In this document: positions 35,130 to 44,075 of the stretch, piece after piece
Layout: every line of letters begins with the position of its first letter
Position numbering within the stretch: position 1 is the first letter of the stretch
Source: Candidatus Ozemobacteraceae bacterium
GTDB taxonomy: Bacteria; Muiribacteriota; Ozemobacteria; Ozemobacterales; Ozemobacteraceae
Direction: 5' to 3'
DNA: 64,000 nucleotides
Assembly (NCBI GenBank): GCA_965140445.1
Contig: OZ223236.1
Span: forward strand, 1,728,001 to 1,792,000
The notes under the pieces: model-generated
Told to the model about the DNA's origin: nothing
The model's input: only the letters and a program-made list of their open reading frames with translations
Databases searched by the model: none
Made by a program: the position numbers and the translations under genes

Positions 35130-37145
35130 CTAATCTTCAAATTTTGGTGAAAAAGTTATCAATAGTGCTTTTGATTCTGGGAGAGGCGTTCCTGGAGCAG
35201 GTTTTTGGCTGACAGCAATTCCATTTCCCTCGTATAAACCTTTTAGTTTTAAATCAGAAATTGTTTTGACAACTTCTTTTAAAGATTTTCCTTTAAAGTC
35301 GGGCACGGTTTTGCATTCTTTTATTGCGGGAGTGCCGGTGCTTATTGGTGTTTCATTTATTGCCAGCATATTTGGCAGTTTGATAATTTCGGTTTTTTCA
35401 TTTTTATTGTTTTCAAGCATTTTTATTTGCTGAGAAATTAATGATGGAGATTTGTCTGGTGGAACTTTCAAGTATTTCAAGACTCTGTCGATTATGATTG
35501 CGAAGGTGCGTCCTGTGACAGTTCCTCCGAATAGAGTTTTTTCATCACCTTTGGGCTCATTTACTACTACAAATAAAACTATTTTGGGGTCAAGAGCTGG
35601 TGCCATTCCTATAAAAGACACGACAACCTTGTCGTTAAAATAGCCGCCGGCAGGATTGGCTTTTTGAGCAGTACTTGTTTTTCCACCAATTGTGTAATCG
35701 TCTATTTTTACAAGTCTTCCCGTCCCAGTTTCTACAACACCCATCAGATATTTTCTTAGCTTCTTAGCTATTTCTGGTGATATAACGCGTCTTACAAGTT
35801 CTTTGGAAAAGTCACTTTTTATATCGTCATTTGGGGAAGTAATTCTTTTTACAATTCGTGGCCTTAATAATTCTCCGCCATTGGCTATTGCCGAGTAAGC
35901 TGCGATTAGCTGAATGGCTGTGGTGGACATTTCCTGACCTATACAGAGAGAAGTTGCAGAAAATCCAGACCATTTGGATGGCGGTCGAAGAGTGCCTGCG
36001 CTTTCTGATGGGCTGTCTATACCAGTTGGAGCCCCGAAGCCAAATTGTTTGTAGGTTCTGTAAAGTTGACCTGGCTCCACTAGCTGAGATACCTGGACCA
36101 TGGCCGCATTGCAAGATTCAGAAATTGCTTCGCTTATATCGACTAACCCATGAGCGCCATGGCATCGCACTCTACGGCCATTTAATTCGCCGTACCCTTT
36201 GCAGTAAAAACGGGTCCCGCTGTCGATTTTGTTGGATTCCATTGCGCTTGCTGCAGCAATAATTTTCATGCACGAACCTGGCTCGAAAACGTCTACTAAT
36301 GGTCTATTTCTTCTTTCAGCAGGCTTGCTGCTGCCAAAATTATTAAGATCATAATTTGGAATACAAGCCATCCCAAGAATTTCTCCGGTATATGGATCCA
36401 TTGCTATGGCAGAAGCATCGATTGGTTCGTATTGTTTGGTCAGTTTAGCCAGTTCTGTTTCCAGGATGTGTTGGATAAAAGAATCAATGGTTAATTTTAT
36501 ATTACTACCCCCCATTGGAGGCCTGATTATACGCATTTTGGCTGGACCGCTTTCGCTGAGACTGATGTCTTCCTGGGCAGCGAGTCCGGGATATCCTCTT
36601 AGGGTTTTGTCGAAGAATAATTCCAACCCTTCAAGGCCGTGTTTGTCTGTTCCGGTGAAGCCAAGCAGGTTTGAGGCTAAGGATTTTTGAGGGTAATATC
36701 TTTTATATTCACTTTCTAGTTTAACCCCAGGGATATTGAGTTTTTTGAGTTTTAAGGCGAGGTTTGGCTCTAATCCTTTCATTATTGGGATATACCCATT
36801 TTTGGAACCAATTTTGTCTATTATTTCTTCTCTAGTCATTGGTAAGACTGAAGAAAGGAGAGTTGCAGCTTCTGTTAATGATTTGAGCTCGCGGGTGTAA
36901 ATGAATACCGAGTAGTTGTCAACAGAGATGGCAAGCTCTACACCCTTTCTGTCTGTGATGGTGCCTCTTTTCATGTCTAATACGCGTTTGCTGACATGAT
37001 TCTTTTTTGATCTGATTGACCATTGATTATATTGAAAAATTTGTAGCTGAATCAGTCTTAAAACAAAAATTAAAGAAAAAACCGCAAATGCAGCTAAGAG
37101 GACAAGTGCGCGAATTGTTCTGTTTTGCAGCTTTAAGCGTTTCAA
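35130..37145 (-). CDS. ftsI: Class B penicillin-binding protein (FtsI/SpoVD-like) with one C-terminal PASTA domain
   Basis: RGTITDR, KRYYP, GLEGLE, EPGSCMK (SxxK), SCN, KTSTAQ, C-terminal VPDFKGKSL...QKPAPG. TTG start. Confidence 0.92.
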   Translation of the reverse strand: MKRLKLQNRTIRALVLLAAFAVFSLIFVLRLIQLQIFQYNQWSIRSKKNHVSKRVLDMKRGTITDRKGVELAISVDNYSVFIYTRELKSLTEAATLLSSVLPMTREEIIDKIGSKNGYIPIMKGLEPNLALKLKKLNIPGVKLESEYKRYYPQKSLASNLLGFTGTDKHGLEGLELFFDKTLRGYPGLAAQEDISLSESGPAKMRIIRPPMGGSNIKLTIDSFIQHILETELAKLTKQYEPIDASAIAMDPYTGEILGMACIPNYDLNNFGSSKPAERRNRPLVDVFEPGSCMKIIAAASAMESNKIDSGTRFYCKGYGELNGRRVRCHGAHGLVDISEAISESCNAAMVQVSQLVEPGQLYRTYKQFGFGAPTGIDSPSESAGTLRPPSKWSGFSATSLCIGQEMSTTAIQLIAAYSAIANGGELLRPRIVKRITSPNDDIKSDFSKELVRRVISPEIAKKLRKYLMGVVETGTGRLVKIDDYTIGGKTSTAQKANPAGGYFNDKVVVSFIGMAPALDPKIVLFVVVNEPKGDEKTLFGGTVTGRTFAIIIDRVLKYLKVPPDKSPSLISQQIKMLENNKNEKTEIIKLPNMLAINETPISTGTPAIKECKTVPDFKGKSLKEVVKTISDLKLKGLYEGNGIAVSQKPAPGTPLPESKALLITFSPKFED

Positions 37146-37152
37146 ATTTGTA

Positions 37153-38100
37153 TTACTCCGTCAATTTCTTTACCGATCGTAATTTAGCTGATCTAGATCT
37201 TGGATTGGTGGAAATTTCTTCATCTGTAGCTGTTATTGGTTTTTTTGTTAGTATTTTGATTAGTGGTTTTTTTCCACAGTTGCACACTGGAAAATTGGGT
37301 GGGCAAATGCAGGGATTGGCATTTTCCACAAAAAAGTTCTTGGTGATTCTGTCTTCAAGTGAATGAAAGGAAATTACCGATAGGTGTCCGCCTGGATTTA
37401 AGCATTTAAGAGCATTTTCCAGAAAGTTGGATAGTTCTTTTAGTTCTTCATTTACTTCTATTCGCAAAGCCTGAAAAACCTTGGTTGCAGGATGAATCTT
37501 GGATTTTCTTTTTACAGCATGAGGATAGCAATCTGATACCAAGGCAGCGAGTTCTGTGGTTGATCTAATTGGCTTTGAATTTCTTTCACTGCAGATTTTG
37601 TCTGCAATTTTTTTTGCAAATTTCTCTTCGCCAAAAGTTCTGAAAATTCTGCACAAATCATCTGATGACCATGTATTTACCAAGTCTTCTGCGGTGATTG
37701 TGATACTTTTATCCATGCGCATATCCAGAGGGCCTTCTTTCATAAAAGAAAAGCCTCTGGCGTCGTTATCCAGTTGATATGAAGAAACTCCAAGGTCAAC
37801 CAGTATTCCATCGACTCCGCTGATATTGTTGAATGACAGAACTCCTGGAAGATCTGATGCGTTAGCTTGAAACCTTTTTATTCGAGGGTCTGAAATGGTT
37901 TCGCATGTGTGCTCAAGGATTTCCTCGTCTTTGTCTATGGCAATGAGGGTAGTAATTTGAGGATGCTTTTCAAGAATAGCTTTACTGTGACCTCCGAGGC
38001 CAAAAGTGCAATCTGCAAAAATTTTTCCATTTTTGGGAAAAGCGAATTCCAGAACTTCATTTAACAATACAGGGATATGTTGGGGGATTATTTTATTCAT
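37153..38100 (-). CDS. rsmH: 16S rRNA (cytosine1402-N4)-methyltransferase
   Basis: HIPVLL, DCTFGLGGHS, DLGVSSYQLD, GPLDMRMD, FQALRIEVN, SFHSLEDR, NPRSRSAKLR. The ATG at 38100 overlaps the upstream stop (TAATG). Confidence 0.97.
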   Translation of the reverse strand: MNKIIPQHIPVLLNEVLEFAFPKNGKIFADCTFGLGGHSKAILEKHPQITTLIAIDKDEEILEHTCETISDPRIKRFQANASDLPGVLSFNNISGVDGILVDLGVSSYQLDNDARGFSFMKEGPLDMRMDKSITITAEDLVNTWSSDDLCRIFRTFGEEKFAKKIADKICSERNSKPIRSTTELAALVSDCYPHAVKRKSKIHPATKVFQALRIEVNEELKELSNFLENALKCLNPGGHLSVISFHSLEDRITKNFFVENANPCICPPNFPVCNCGKKPLIKILTKKPITATDEEISTNPRSRSAKLRSVKKLTE

Positions 38101-38474
38101 TAGTATTTCATCTCTGGCATAGTTATGTAGCAAAGTTTTTTAGGAACAACCATTCCTAGCTCGTTCTTGGCAACTTGCTCTATTCTTGAAAGGGATTGTA
38201 ATTTTGAAATTTCGGCTCTAAGATCAGCATTTCCATTTTCTAAGTTGCTGATGTCTTTTTCTACTCGATTTATTCTAAGTTTAACTTCTACCATCTTTGT
38301 TGACTGCCAGATATACACTGTAAACATCATGCTTAATAAAAGAATAGCAGTTAGATACAAGCGAATAATTTGTTTGCGCTTGGCTTGTATGGCTGGACTC
38401 AACTCTTCCCGGGAAACATTTCTGGAAGAGTCGCTATTAGTTTTTTTTGATAGAAGAATCTTAGATTTATTCAT
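38100..38474 (-). CDS. ftsL: Cell division protein FtsL
   Basis: Short bitopic protein with a leucine-zipper coiled coil and LQSLSRIEQVAKNELGMVVP. The start is uncertain. Confidence 0.85.
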   Translation of the reverse strand: MNKSKILLSKKTNSDSSRNVSREELSPAIQAKRKQIIRLYLTAILLLSMMFTVYIWQSTKMVEVKLRINRVEKDISNLENGNADLRAEISKLQSLSRIEQVAKNELGMVVPKKLCYITMPEMKY

Positions 38475-38489
38475 TAGCTATAATCAGTA

Positions 38490-38526
38490 CAAAACAAAAG
38501 GAGAAACCCTGAGATTTCTCCTTTTG
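38490..38526 (-). terminator. Intrinsic terminator after the clostripain-like gene
   Basis: CAAAAGGAGAAA-8 nt-TTTCTCCTTTTG, followed by TTTTG on the minus strand. Confidence 0.75.
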
Positions 38527-38540
38527 CAAAACGGACGAAA

Positions 38541-41222
38541 TTATCTCCGATTCAAAGTACCATGCTGTTGATTAAATTCCAATAGGGACTTTACATTTTT
38601 TTCAAGATTTTTCATGGACTCATTGTTTGATTCAGACATATTTGAAATATGTTCAAGGATCTTTTGCCCATTTTCAGGATTTTTTTCGATACTAAGTTTA
38701 ATGTTTTTCATTAATCTGTTTTCAACACCAGAAAGAAGGTCTATATTGCTTTCCATCTCTCTTGCTGACATTGAACTCATTGAGGCTCTTCTGCTAGATG
38801 CTTCAGAGAAGTTTCTTAATTCTGAAGTCATACTTGGTTGCATAATATCAGCAACTTCTTGAATTAATCTTGTGCGTAACTTTCTGTCGCTGATTGATTC
38901 TATTCCAAATGAGAAGAGAATTACTCTGTAACCATCAATAACTTTCACTGCAGCTCCACCAGAAGATTTAATTCCTCTTGTAAGTGAGCCATCTTTGAAG
39001 TTAGGGCCATTCATTTCTCTTTCATCTGCAATTATTCTCGTTTTTGCTTCATATTTCATAATAACCTGTCCGCCCTGTAGAGCGTCAATTTCGTCAGGCC
39101 ATTTTTGATTATTTGCGCCATTGCCTCCAAATATTTGAAATGAAGCGCCTCTGGCAAAAGAATTTGATCCAGTAACAACATGAATGTTTACGTCATCCTG
39201 AACAAAAGCAGCTTTGCATTTTTTTGCAAGGAAATCACTTTCTCTTAGAGTGAAACCAAAATCCTGTCCAGAGAGAACCAGACGACCGCCTGAGTTCAAG
39301 AACTGGTCAAGCGAAGAAATTTCCTCTTCTGTTATTGATTGGTCTGGTGAAGAATCTTGAGATAAGAAGATCACCCATCCATTCAAATATCTTTTTAAGA
39401 CTTCAGGCTTTACATCGCCTTCAAGCATTCTATCCCAGATATCAAATTTTACTTTTGCATCTTGAAGCATTTCCTGGGCAACGGTACTCGAAGGAGAAAA
39501 ATTATCTGTTACAACCAAAAGAGCATGTCCTGTGGAAGAGAAAGGTTCCTTAATGTAAAAGGAAGTTTTTATTGTAGAAACAGGTATTCCTTTTCCTCTG
39601 ATGTAGATTTGAAGAGGAATTTCTGTGTGGACGTCAGCATTTTCAGAAACTTTAAAGGTTAATACATTTACAACTTCTGTTTTTCCAGGACCGGGAAGGT
39701 TGGATACCTTTGTTGTGAAGCTTGTTTTGCCAAGCAGCTTTGAATTGGTTGAGCATGAAACTGTTGCGGTTTTCAGGGCTGCTCTTCCAAGGTTTCTAAT
39801 GGTTAATTTTAACGAAACTTCTTCTCCAGCAGCGATTCTGCCGTCTTTGTTCTTGTCTTCCAGAATTACGTCTTCGATTTTTAGATAAGGAATTCCAGGG
39901 GCAGAGACTTCTCTAAGAAATTCAAACCATTCTGTTTCAGTGCAAAAGCTGAGCCTTTTATATCTGTTTTTGTAGGTCCTAAAGCCTTGCCTTTTTGGGA
40001 AAAATATCGATAGTCCTCTTGTTGGGCGAAATTTTTCTCCTGCATAGCCAAACTTTTCTACAAACCCACCTTTGCCTTTTTCGCCGATAACAGTTTTATA
40101 GAGAGCTGTTGCGGCAGCTCTTGTTTCTGCTTTGATGCTTGATTTGCAAAGTGTGTATAAAAAATGTCCAAGATCAATATAATCGCCATAAGAATATTTG
40201 AGGGCGACTTCCTGTGCTTTTTCAATTTTATCAATGTCTGAAATGTTTTTTCTTACTGCGTGGCAAAATCTATCTATAGAATCTTTGAAATCCTGAGCCT
40301 TTCCTAGATCTAATAGTGACAATACAACGGCTTTGTTTCCTTGTGAGCCACTCGAATATGATTTTTTATAAGCTGAAACAATAAGGGAGCCTAACTCTTT
40401 TGCTTCCATTTTTGGTTTCTTGGTTAATCCGGCAGCAATAAAATCATAGGGCCAACCTTTTTCAGGTTCTAGATCTGGTGAGCCAACCTGGTATTTTGCG
40501 AAAGGAGCTGCGGCGTATGCAACCTCTGCCATTTGCATTAAGCAGGCATCAAAACCAAGTAAATCAAGTGGCTGTCCAAGGATTTCTGTTATCTCTGCAA
40601 GAGTTTCTCTCAGAGTGGGGATGTCCATGGACGTTTTTGAAGAAAAGTCATATGAGATATTATATGAAATGTTGTTTATAACATCATCAAGGCCATCAGA
40701 CATTTCAAAGTTCATGTCTGGAGCTGTTTCTGTGCCTGGACCTTCCATCATGCTTGGTTGAATTTCTTTCCAGCCTGTTCCATGATTCCAGAGTATCAGA
40801 GCATATCTTTTTGCCGGATAATTGGTTTTCGCCCATTTTACGAAATCGGTAAGAGCTTCTGGTGAAGCTGTATCTACTTTTCCCAGATCCTGAAGAGATG
40901 GAGAAGACATTTTTTTACTGCTTCTGTCTTTTATTACATAAAATCTTCTGCTTCCTGACCATTTTAACTCAGAATCATCAGAAAATTCACCACTGCGGTC
41001 TATCTGGGCAACAAAATTTATACTTGGCGTGGAGCCATATTTTTCAATTTCATTTATATCAACAGAAGTTCCTGATTCCAGGTCATTATCGGCCGCCATA
41101 AAGATCATGACAGTCCACTCTTTTTCCTGGAGATCCTGAGAATACCCTGTGGTGGAAATAACCAGCAAGGCAAATAATATTAAAAATATCTTAGCGAGGC
41201 TTCTTATACTCTTATAGTCCAC
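38541..41222 (-). CDS. Secreted clostripain-family (C11) cysteine peptidase with additional C-terminal domains
   Basis: Signal peptide, EWTVMIFMAADNDLE, WNHGTGW (catalytic His), GFDACLM (catalytic Cys), then an Ig-like segment (DKNKDGRIAAGEEVSLKLTIRNLG) and an alpha/beta domain (LDQFLNSGGRLVLSGQD). Confidence 0.9.
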   Translation of the reverse strand: MDYKSIRSLAKIFLILFALLVISTTGYSQDLQEKEWTVMIFMAADNDLESGTSVDINEIEKYGSTPSINFVAQIDRSGEFSDDSELKWSGSRRFYVIKDRSSKKMSSPSLQDLGKVDTASPEALTDFVKWAKTNYPAKRYALILWNHGTGWKEIQPSMMEGPGTETAPDMNFEMSDGLDDVINNISYNISYDFSSKTSMDIPTLRETLAEITEILGQPLDLLGFDACLMQMAEVAYAAAPFAKYQVGSPDLEPEKGWPYDFIAAGLTKKPKMEAKELGSLIVSAYKKSYSSGSQGNKAVVLSLLDLGKAQDFKDSIDRFCHAVRKNISDIDKIEKAQEVALKYSYGDYIDLGHFLYTLCKSSIKAETRAAATALYKTVIGEKGKGGFVEKFGYAGEKFRPTRGLSIFFPKRQGFRTYKNRYKRLSFCTETEWFEFLREVSAPGIPYLKIEDVILEDKNKDGRIAAGEEVSLKLTIRNLGRAALKTATVSCSTNSKLLGKTSFTTKVSNLPGPGKTEVVNVLTFKVSENADVHTEIPLQIYIRGKGIPVSTIKTSFYIKEPFSSTGHALLVVTDNFSPSSTVAQEMLQDAKVKFDIWDRMLEGDVKPEVLKRYLNGWVIFLSQDSSPDQSITEEEISSLDQFLNSGGRLVLSGQDFGFTLRESDFLAKKCKAAFVQDDVNIHVVTGSNSFARGASFQIFGGNGANNQKWPDEIDALQGGQVIMKYEAKTRIIADEREMNGPNFKDGSLTRGIKSSGGAAVKVIDGYRVILFSFGIESISDRKLRTRLIQEVADIMQPSMTSELRNFSEASSRRASMSSMSAREMESNIDLLSGVENRLMKNIKLSIEKNPENGQKILEHISNMSESNNESMKNLEKNVKSLLEFNQQHGTLNRR

Positions 41223-41256
41223 ACTTTTCCTCCGATACTATTTACACAATAAGATC

Positions 41257-41285
41257 ATTATACGGAAAAATACTACCTCTGTCAA
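41257..41285 (-). promoter_or_regulatory. Perfect-consensus sigma70 promoter for the clostripain-like gene
   Basis: Minus strand reads TTGACA-GAGGTAGTATTTTTCCG (17 nt)-TATAAT; GGAGG RBS downstream. Confidence 0.8.
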
Positions 41286-41384
41286 TTTGTCGAAACAGTC
41301 TAAAAGTCTTTGGTAATGGGGAAAAGAGAAAAAGAGCTGTACTCTTTATGAAAATATTATATTATAGAGCTTAGGTTTGTAAAT

Positions 41385-41414
41385 TTGACTTATAGTAGTC
41401 TATATGGTACTATA
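41385..41414 (+). promoter_or_regulatory. Putative sigma70 promoter overlapped by an inverted repeat
   Basis: TTGACT-17 nt-TACTAT with TG extension; TATAGTA-N10-TACTATA palindrome at 41391-41414. Confidence 0.55.
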
Positions 41415-41447
41415 AAGAATCGAACTTCCTAAAGGGAGGATTGTCGC

Positions 41448-41705
41448 ATGTCACGTGCCAAAACAATTAAAAAAGCTGGTTCCGCCAGTGATGAAAAAGT
41501 AACTTTAAAGAAGAAGAGTAAATCTGCTGATGTAGAAACTCGAGAGTATGCTATGACTGAAACCTTTTTAAAAGGCGACATGGTATATCACAAGGTTTGG
41601 GATGATACTGGAGAAGTCATTGAAGTTGGAACAACTGATGACGGTATCAACCGAATGAAAGTTGCTTTTGAAAAAGTTGGAGTTAAGAACCTTAGAATTG
41701 GTTGA
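41448..41705 (+). CDS. Small protein with a Lys-rich N-terminus and a Tudor-like domain resembling the PcrA/UvrD C-terminal domain
   Basis: GGGAGG RBS; FLKGDMVYHKVWDDTGEVIEV...MKVAFEKVGVKNL pattern; has its own terminator. Confidence 0.7.
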   Translation: MSRAKTIKKAGSASDEKVTLKKKSKSADVETREYAMTETFLKGDMVYHKVWDDTGEVIEVGTTDDGINRMKVAFEKVGVKNLRIG

Positions 41706-41719
41706 TTTTATATCCAGCT

Positions 41720-41754
41720 AAAAAAAAAGACCCGGAGAATCCGGGTCTTTTTTT
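41720..41754 (+). terminator. Intrinsic terminator
   Basis: A-tract-GACCCGGA-GAA-TCCGGGTC-T-tract. Confidence 0.88.
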
Positions 41755-41800
41755 AAGACAAAATTAAGATTTATTTAGAGATTTTCTGGAGGATTTACCA

Positions 41801-44065
41801 TTGTCTGGATCAACAGGATTAAGGGCCAGTGGTTTTTGGCTTCTAAAGTCGTGTACACGAAAATTAGTGGGCTTTATTGCTCATGAGGATTCGAAGCTAA
41901 GAGGTGAGGGTGCAAAAGCTCTCGGTAAGATTGGTGATCCAGAAGTCGTTGAACATCTTGTTAGTGCTTTACTAAAAGAGAAGCAAGATGAGCAATTGCC
42001 TCTAGCTCTTGCTGAAATAGGTGATAAAAGTGCTCTAAATCCTCTTTTGGATGCTTTTGCTGAAGCAGACCGGGATGTGCGCCCAAATATTGCCATTGCT
42101 TTGGGGGCTTTTCATGACAGATCAGCTGTTTCAGCGCTAATTAATGCTTTAACAGATCTGGACCCAAATGTAAGATACAGTTGTATAACATCCCTGGGAA
42201 AACTTAAAGACCCTTCTGCTGTTTCTCATCTTCTTGGCTGTCTTGGAGAGAGTAATGAGTGGATATTTTTAAATGTAGTTGATTCCTTAGCCAAAATTGG
42301 CGATCACAGAGCAACAAATCCGCTTGTGGCATTTTTCTTAAAAGAGAGAAATGAGCGAAAGAGGGCTTCCATTGTTACAGCGTTTGGACAGATCAAAGAT
42401 CTAACAGCTGTTCCAACTTTGACAAAAGCTTTAAAAGATTCTGACGATAGAGTTAAGGCTAATGCGATTGAAAGCATTTCCTGGTTAGGTTTGCCGCCAG
42501 AAAAAGCTTTGTCGTTGATACAGCCTTTTATTCGGCATCCAAACAATCGTGTGCGTGGAAATGCAATGGTAGCAGTTGCCAAGCTTGGAAATCATGATCT
42601 GGAACCAGCAATGAGAAACATGCTTGATGACCCGGATAAGTGGATTCGGGCAACTCTCGGCTACGTTTTATCTGTAGTTGATCATTCAAAAGGCATGGAA
42701 TTAATTATTGAGTTACTTAAGGATGAAGATCCTTATGTTAGGAAAAATGCTTCTCTTGCTCTGGGAATGAAAGCAAAGGACGCACAAACAGAACACTTGC
42801 TTAAGATGCTTGGGGATGAAATTCCATTTGTCAGGCTTCAGGCGGTAATATCTCTTGGGAAGCTTAAAGTTTCTTCGGCTGTGCCATGGCTGGTGAAGAT
42901 GTTAAAAACAGACAGAAATTTTAAGATCAGATCTGCGGTCGTAACTTCTCTAGGTAAGATTGGAGACCGAGCAGCGGTTTCTATTTTGCAAAATGCCCTT
43001 AGAGACAGGGATTCCAGGGTCAGAGCAAACTCTGTTGAGGCCCTGGAAATAATTCTTGGTGAATCTTCCATAAATCTTTTAAAACCTTTATTAAAAGATA
43101 ACGACAATAGAACTCGATCAAATGCAGCCAAAGCTTTGTTTAAACTGGGTGATGTTGATGTTTTATCTGAACTTGAAAAGATGCTTGATTCAAAGGAAAT
43201 TTCGACCAAGATTTCTGCTGCTTACACTCTCGGGCAGATCGGAGTTGCGTTGCGGGATCTAGAAAAAACTCCGCTGGATAATTCCCTAAAGAGTAGTCTT
43301 GGGAAGGTTGCTACGCCAGATAAGAGTGCAAATCAAGATCTCAAGCCATCGCCTGACAAGCCGAAATCAATTTCAGAAAAAGAAGAAATTCCTGAGACTC
43401 GAGAGAAGCTTAAAGAAAAATTCCTGGAGCTTTTTAAAAGCGGACAATTAAAAAAGTCACTGGAATTGGCGGAAGTTTTTCTTTCCAGGTATCCTCATGA
43501 TCTTTCGGCGAATTTTTTCGTTGGTAACCTCAATATGCAATTGAGCAAATTTGAAGAAGCAATTGATTATTTTAAAAAAGCGATTGAACTGGATCCATTT
43601 CATATTCAAGCTCATAGTAATTTGGGAGTGGCTTGTTATCGAAGTGGAAATATCAATGAAGCCATTCACTATTTTAATCAGGTTTTAAAGCTCAAACCAG
43701 ATTTATCATCGATTCGCTTTAATCTTGCTAACCTCTATTTAAAAGCAAATAAATGGGCGGATTCGATTTGGCAATTTGAAGAGGGAATAAAGTATAAATC
43801 GCCAGATGCAAAGGTTTTGGGCAATCTGGGATTTGCTTATCAAAAGACAGGAAACTATGAAAAAGCGGTCGAGGTTTATAAAAAAGCTAATTCTCTTGAT
43901 CCAAAAGACCCGGGAATCTATTACAACTGGTCTTTAATTATGGCAAGGCTTGGTAACAAAAGAGAGGCTATTTCTTTGTTACAGCGTGCTTTGCTTGAAG
44001 TGCCAGTTGCTTCACCGAGTTTAAAATCGCTTAGAGACTTAAGCGATAGATTAAAGGCAAGTTAA
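41801..44065 (+). CDS. HEAT (PBS-lyase-type) repeat plus TPR repeat protein
   Basis: More than a dozen L.D.D..VR..A...LG units, then a linker and about 5 TPRs (AHSNLGVACYRSGNINEAIHYF). TTG start after GGAGGA. Confidence 0.9.
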   Translation: MSGSTGLRASGFWLLKSCTRKLVGFIAHEDSKLRGEGAKALGKIGDPEVVEHLVSALLKEKQDEQLPLALAEIGDKSALNPLLDAFAEADRDVRPNIAIALGAFHDRSAVSALINALTDLDPNVRYSCITSLGKLKDPSAVSHLLGCLGESNEWIFLNVVDSLAKIGDHRATNPLVAFFLKERNERKRASIVTAFGQIKDLTAVPTLTKALKDSDDRVKANAIESISWLGLPPEKALSLIQPFIRHPNNRVRGNAMVAVAKLGNHDLEPAMRNMLDDPDKWIRATLGYVLSVVDHSKGMELIIELLKDEDPYVRKNASLALGMKAKDAQTEHLLKMLGDEIPFVRLQAVISLGKLKVSSAVPWLVKMLKTDRNFKIRSAVVTSLGKIGDRAAVSILQNALRDRDSRVRANSVEALEIILGESSINLLKPLLKDNDNRTRSNAAKALFKLGDVDVLSELEKMLDSKEISTKISAAYTLGQIGVALRDLEKTPLDNSLKSSLGKVATPDKSANQDLKPSPDKPKSISEKEEIPETREKLKEKFLELFKSGQLKKSLELAEVFLSRYPHDLSANFFVGNLNMQLSKFEEAIDYFKKAIELDPFHIQAHSNLGVACYRSGNINEAIHYFNQVLKLKPDLSSIRFNLANLYLKANKWADSIWQFEEGIKYKSPDAKVLGNLGFAYQKTGNYEKAVEVYKKANSLDPKDPGIYYNWSLIMARLGNKREAISLLQRALLEVPVASPSLKSLRDLSDRLKAS

Positions 44066-44075
44066 TTTTGGGGAG

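Noticed and set aside
31238..41101. Short antisense or alternate-frame ORFs within the dcw and clostripain genes (e.g. 32771-33214, 35858-36262, 38167-38571)
   Set aside because: They overlap conserved genes and look like codon-pattern artefacts.
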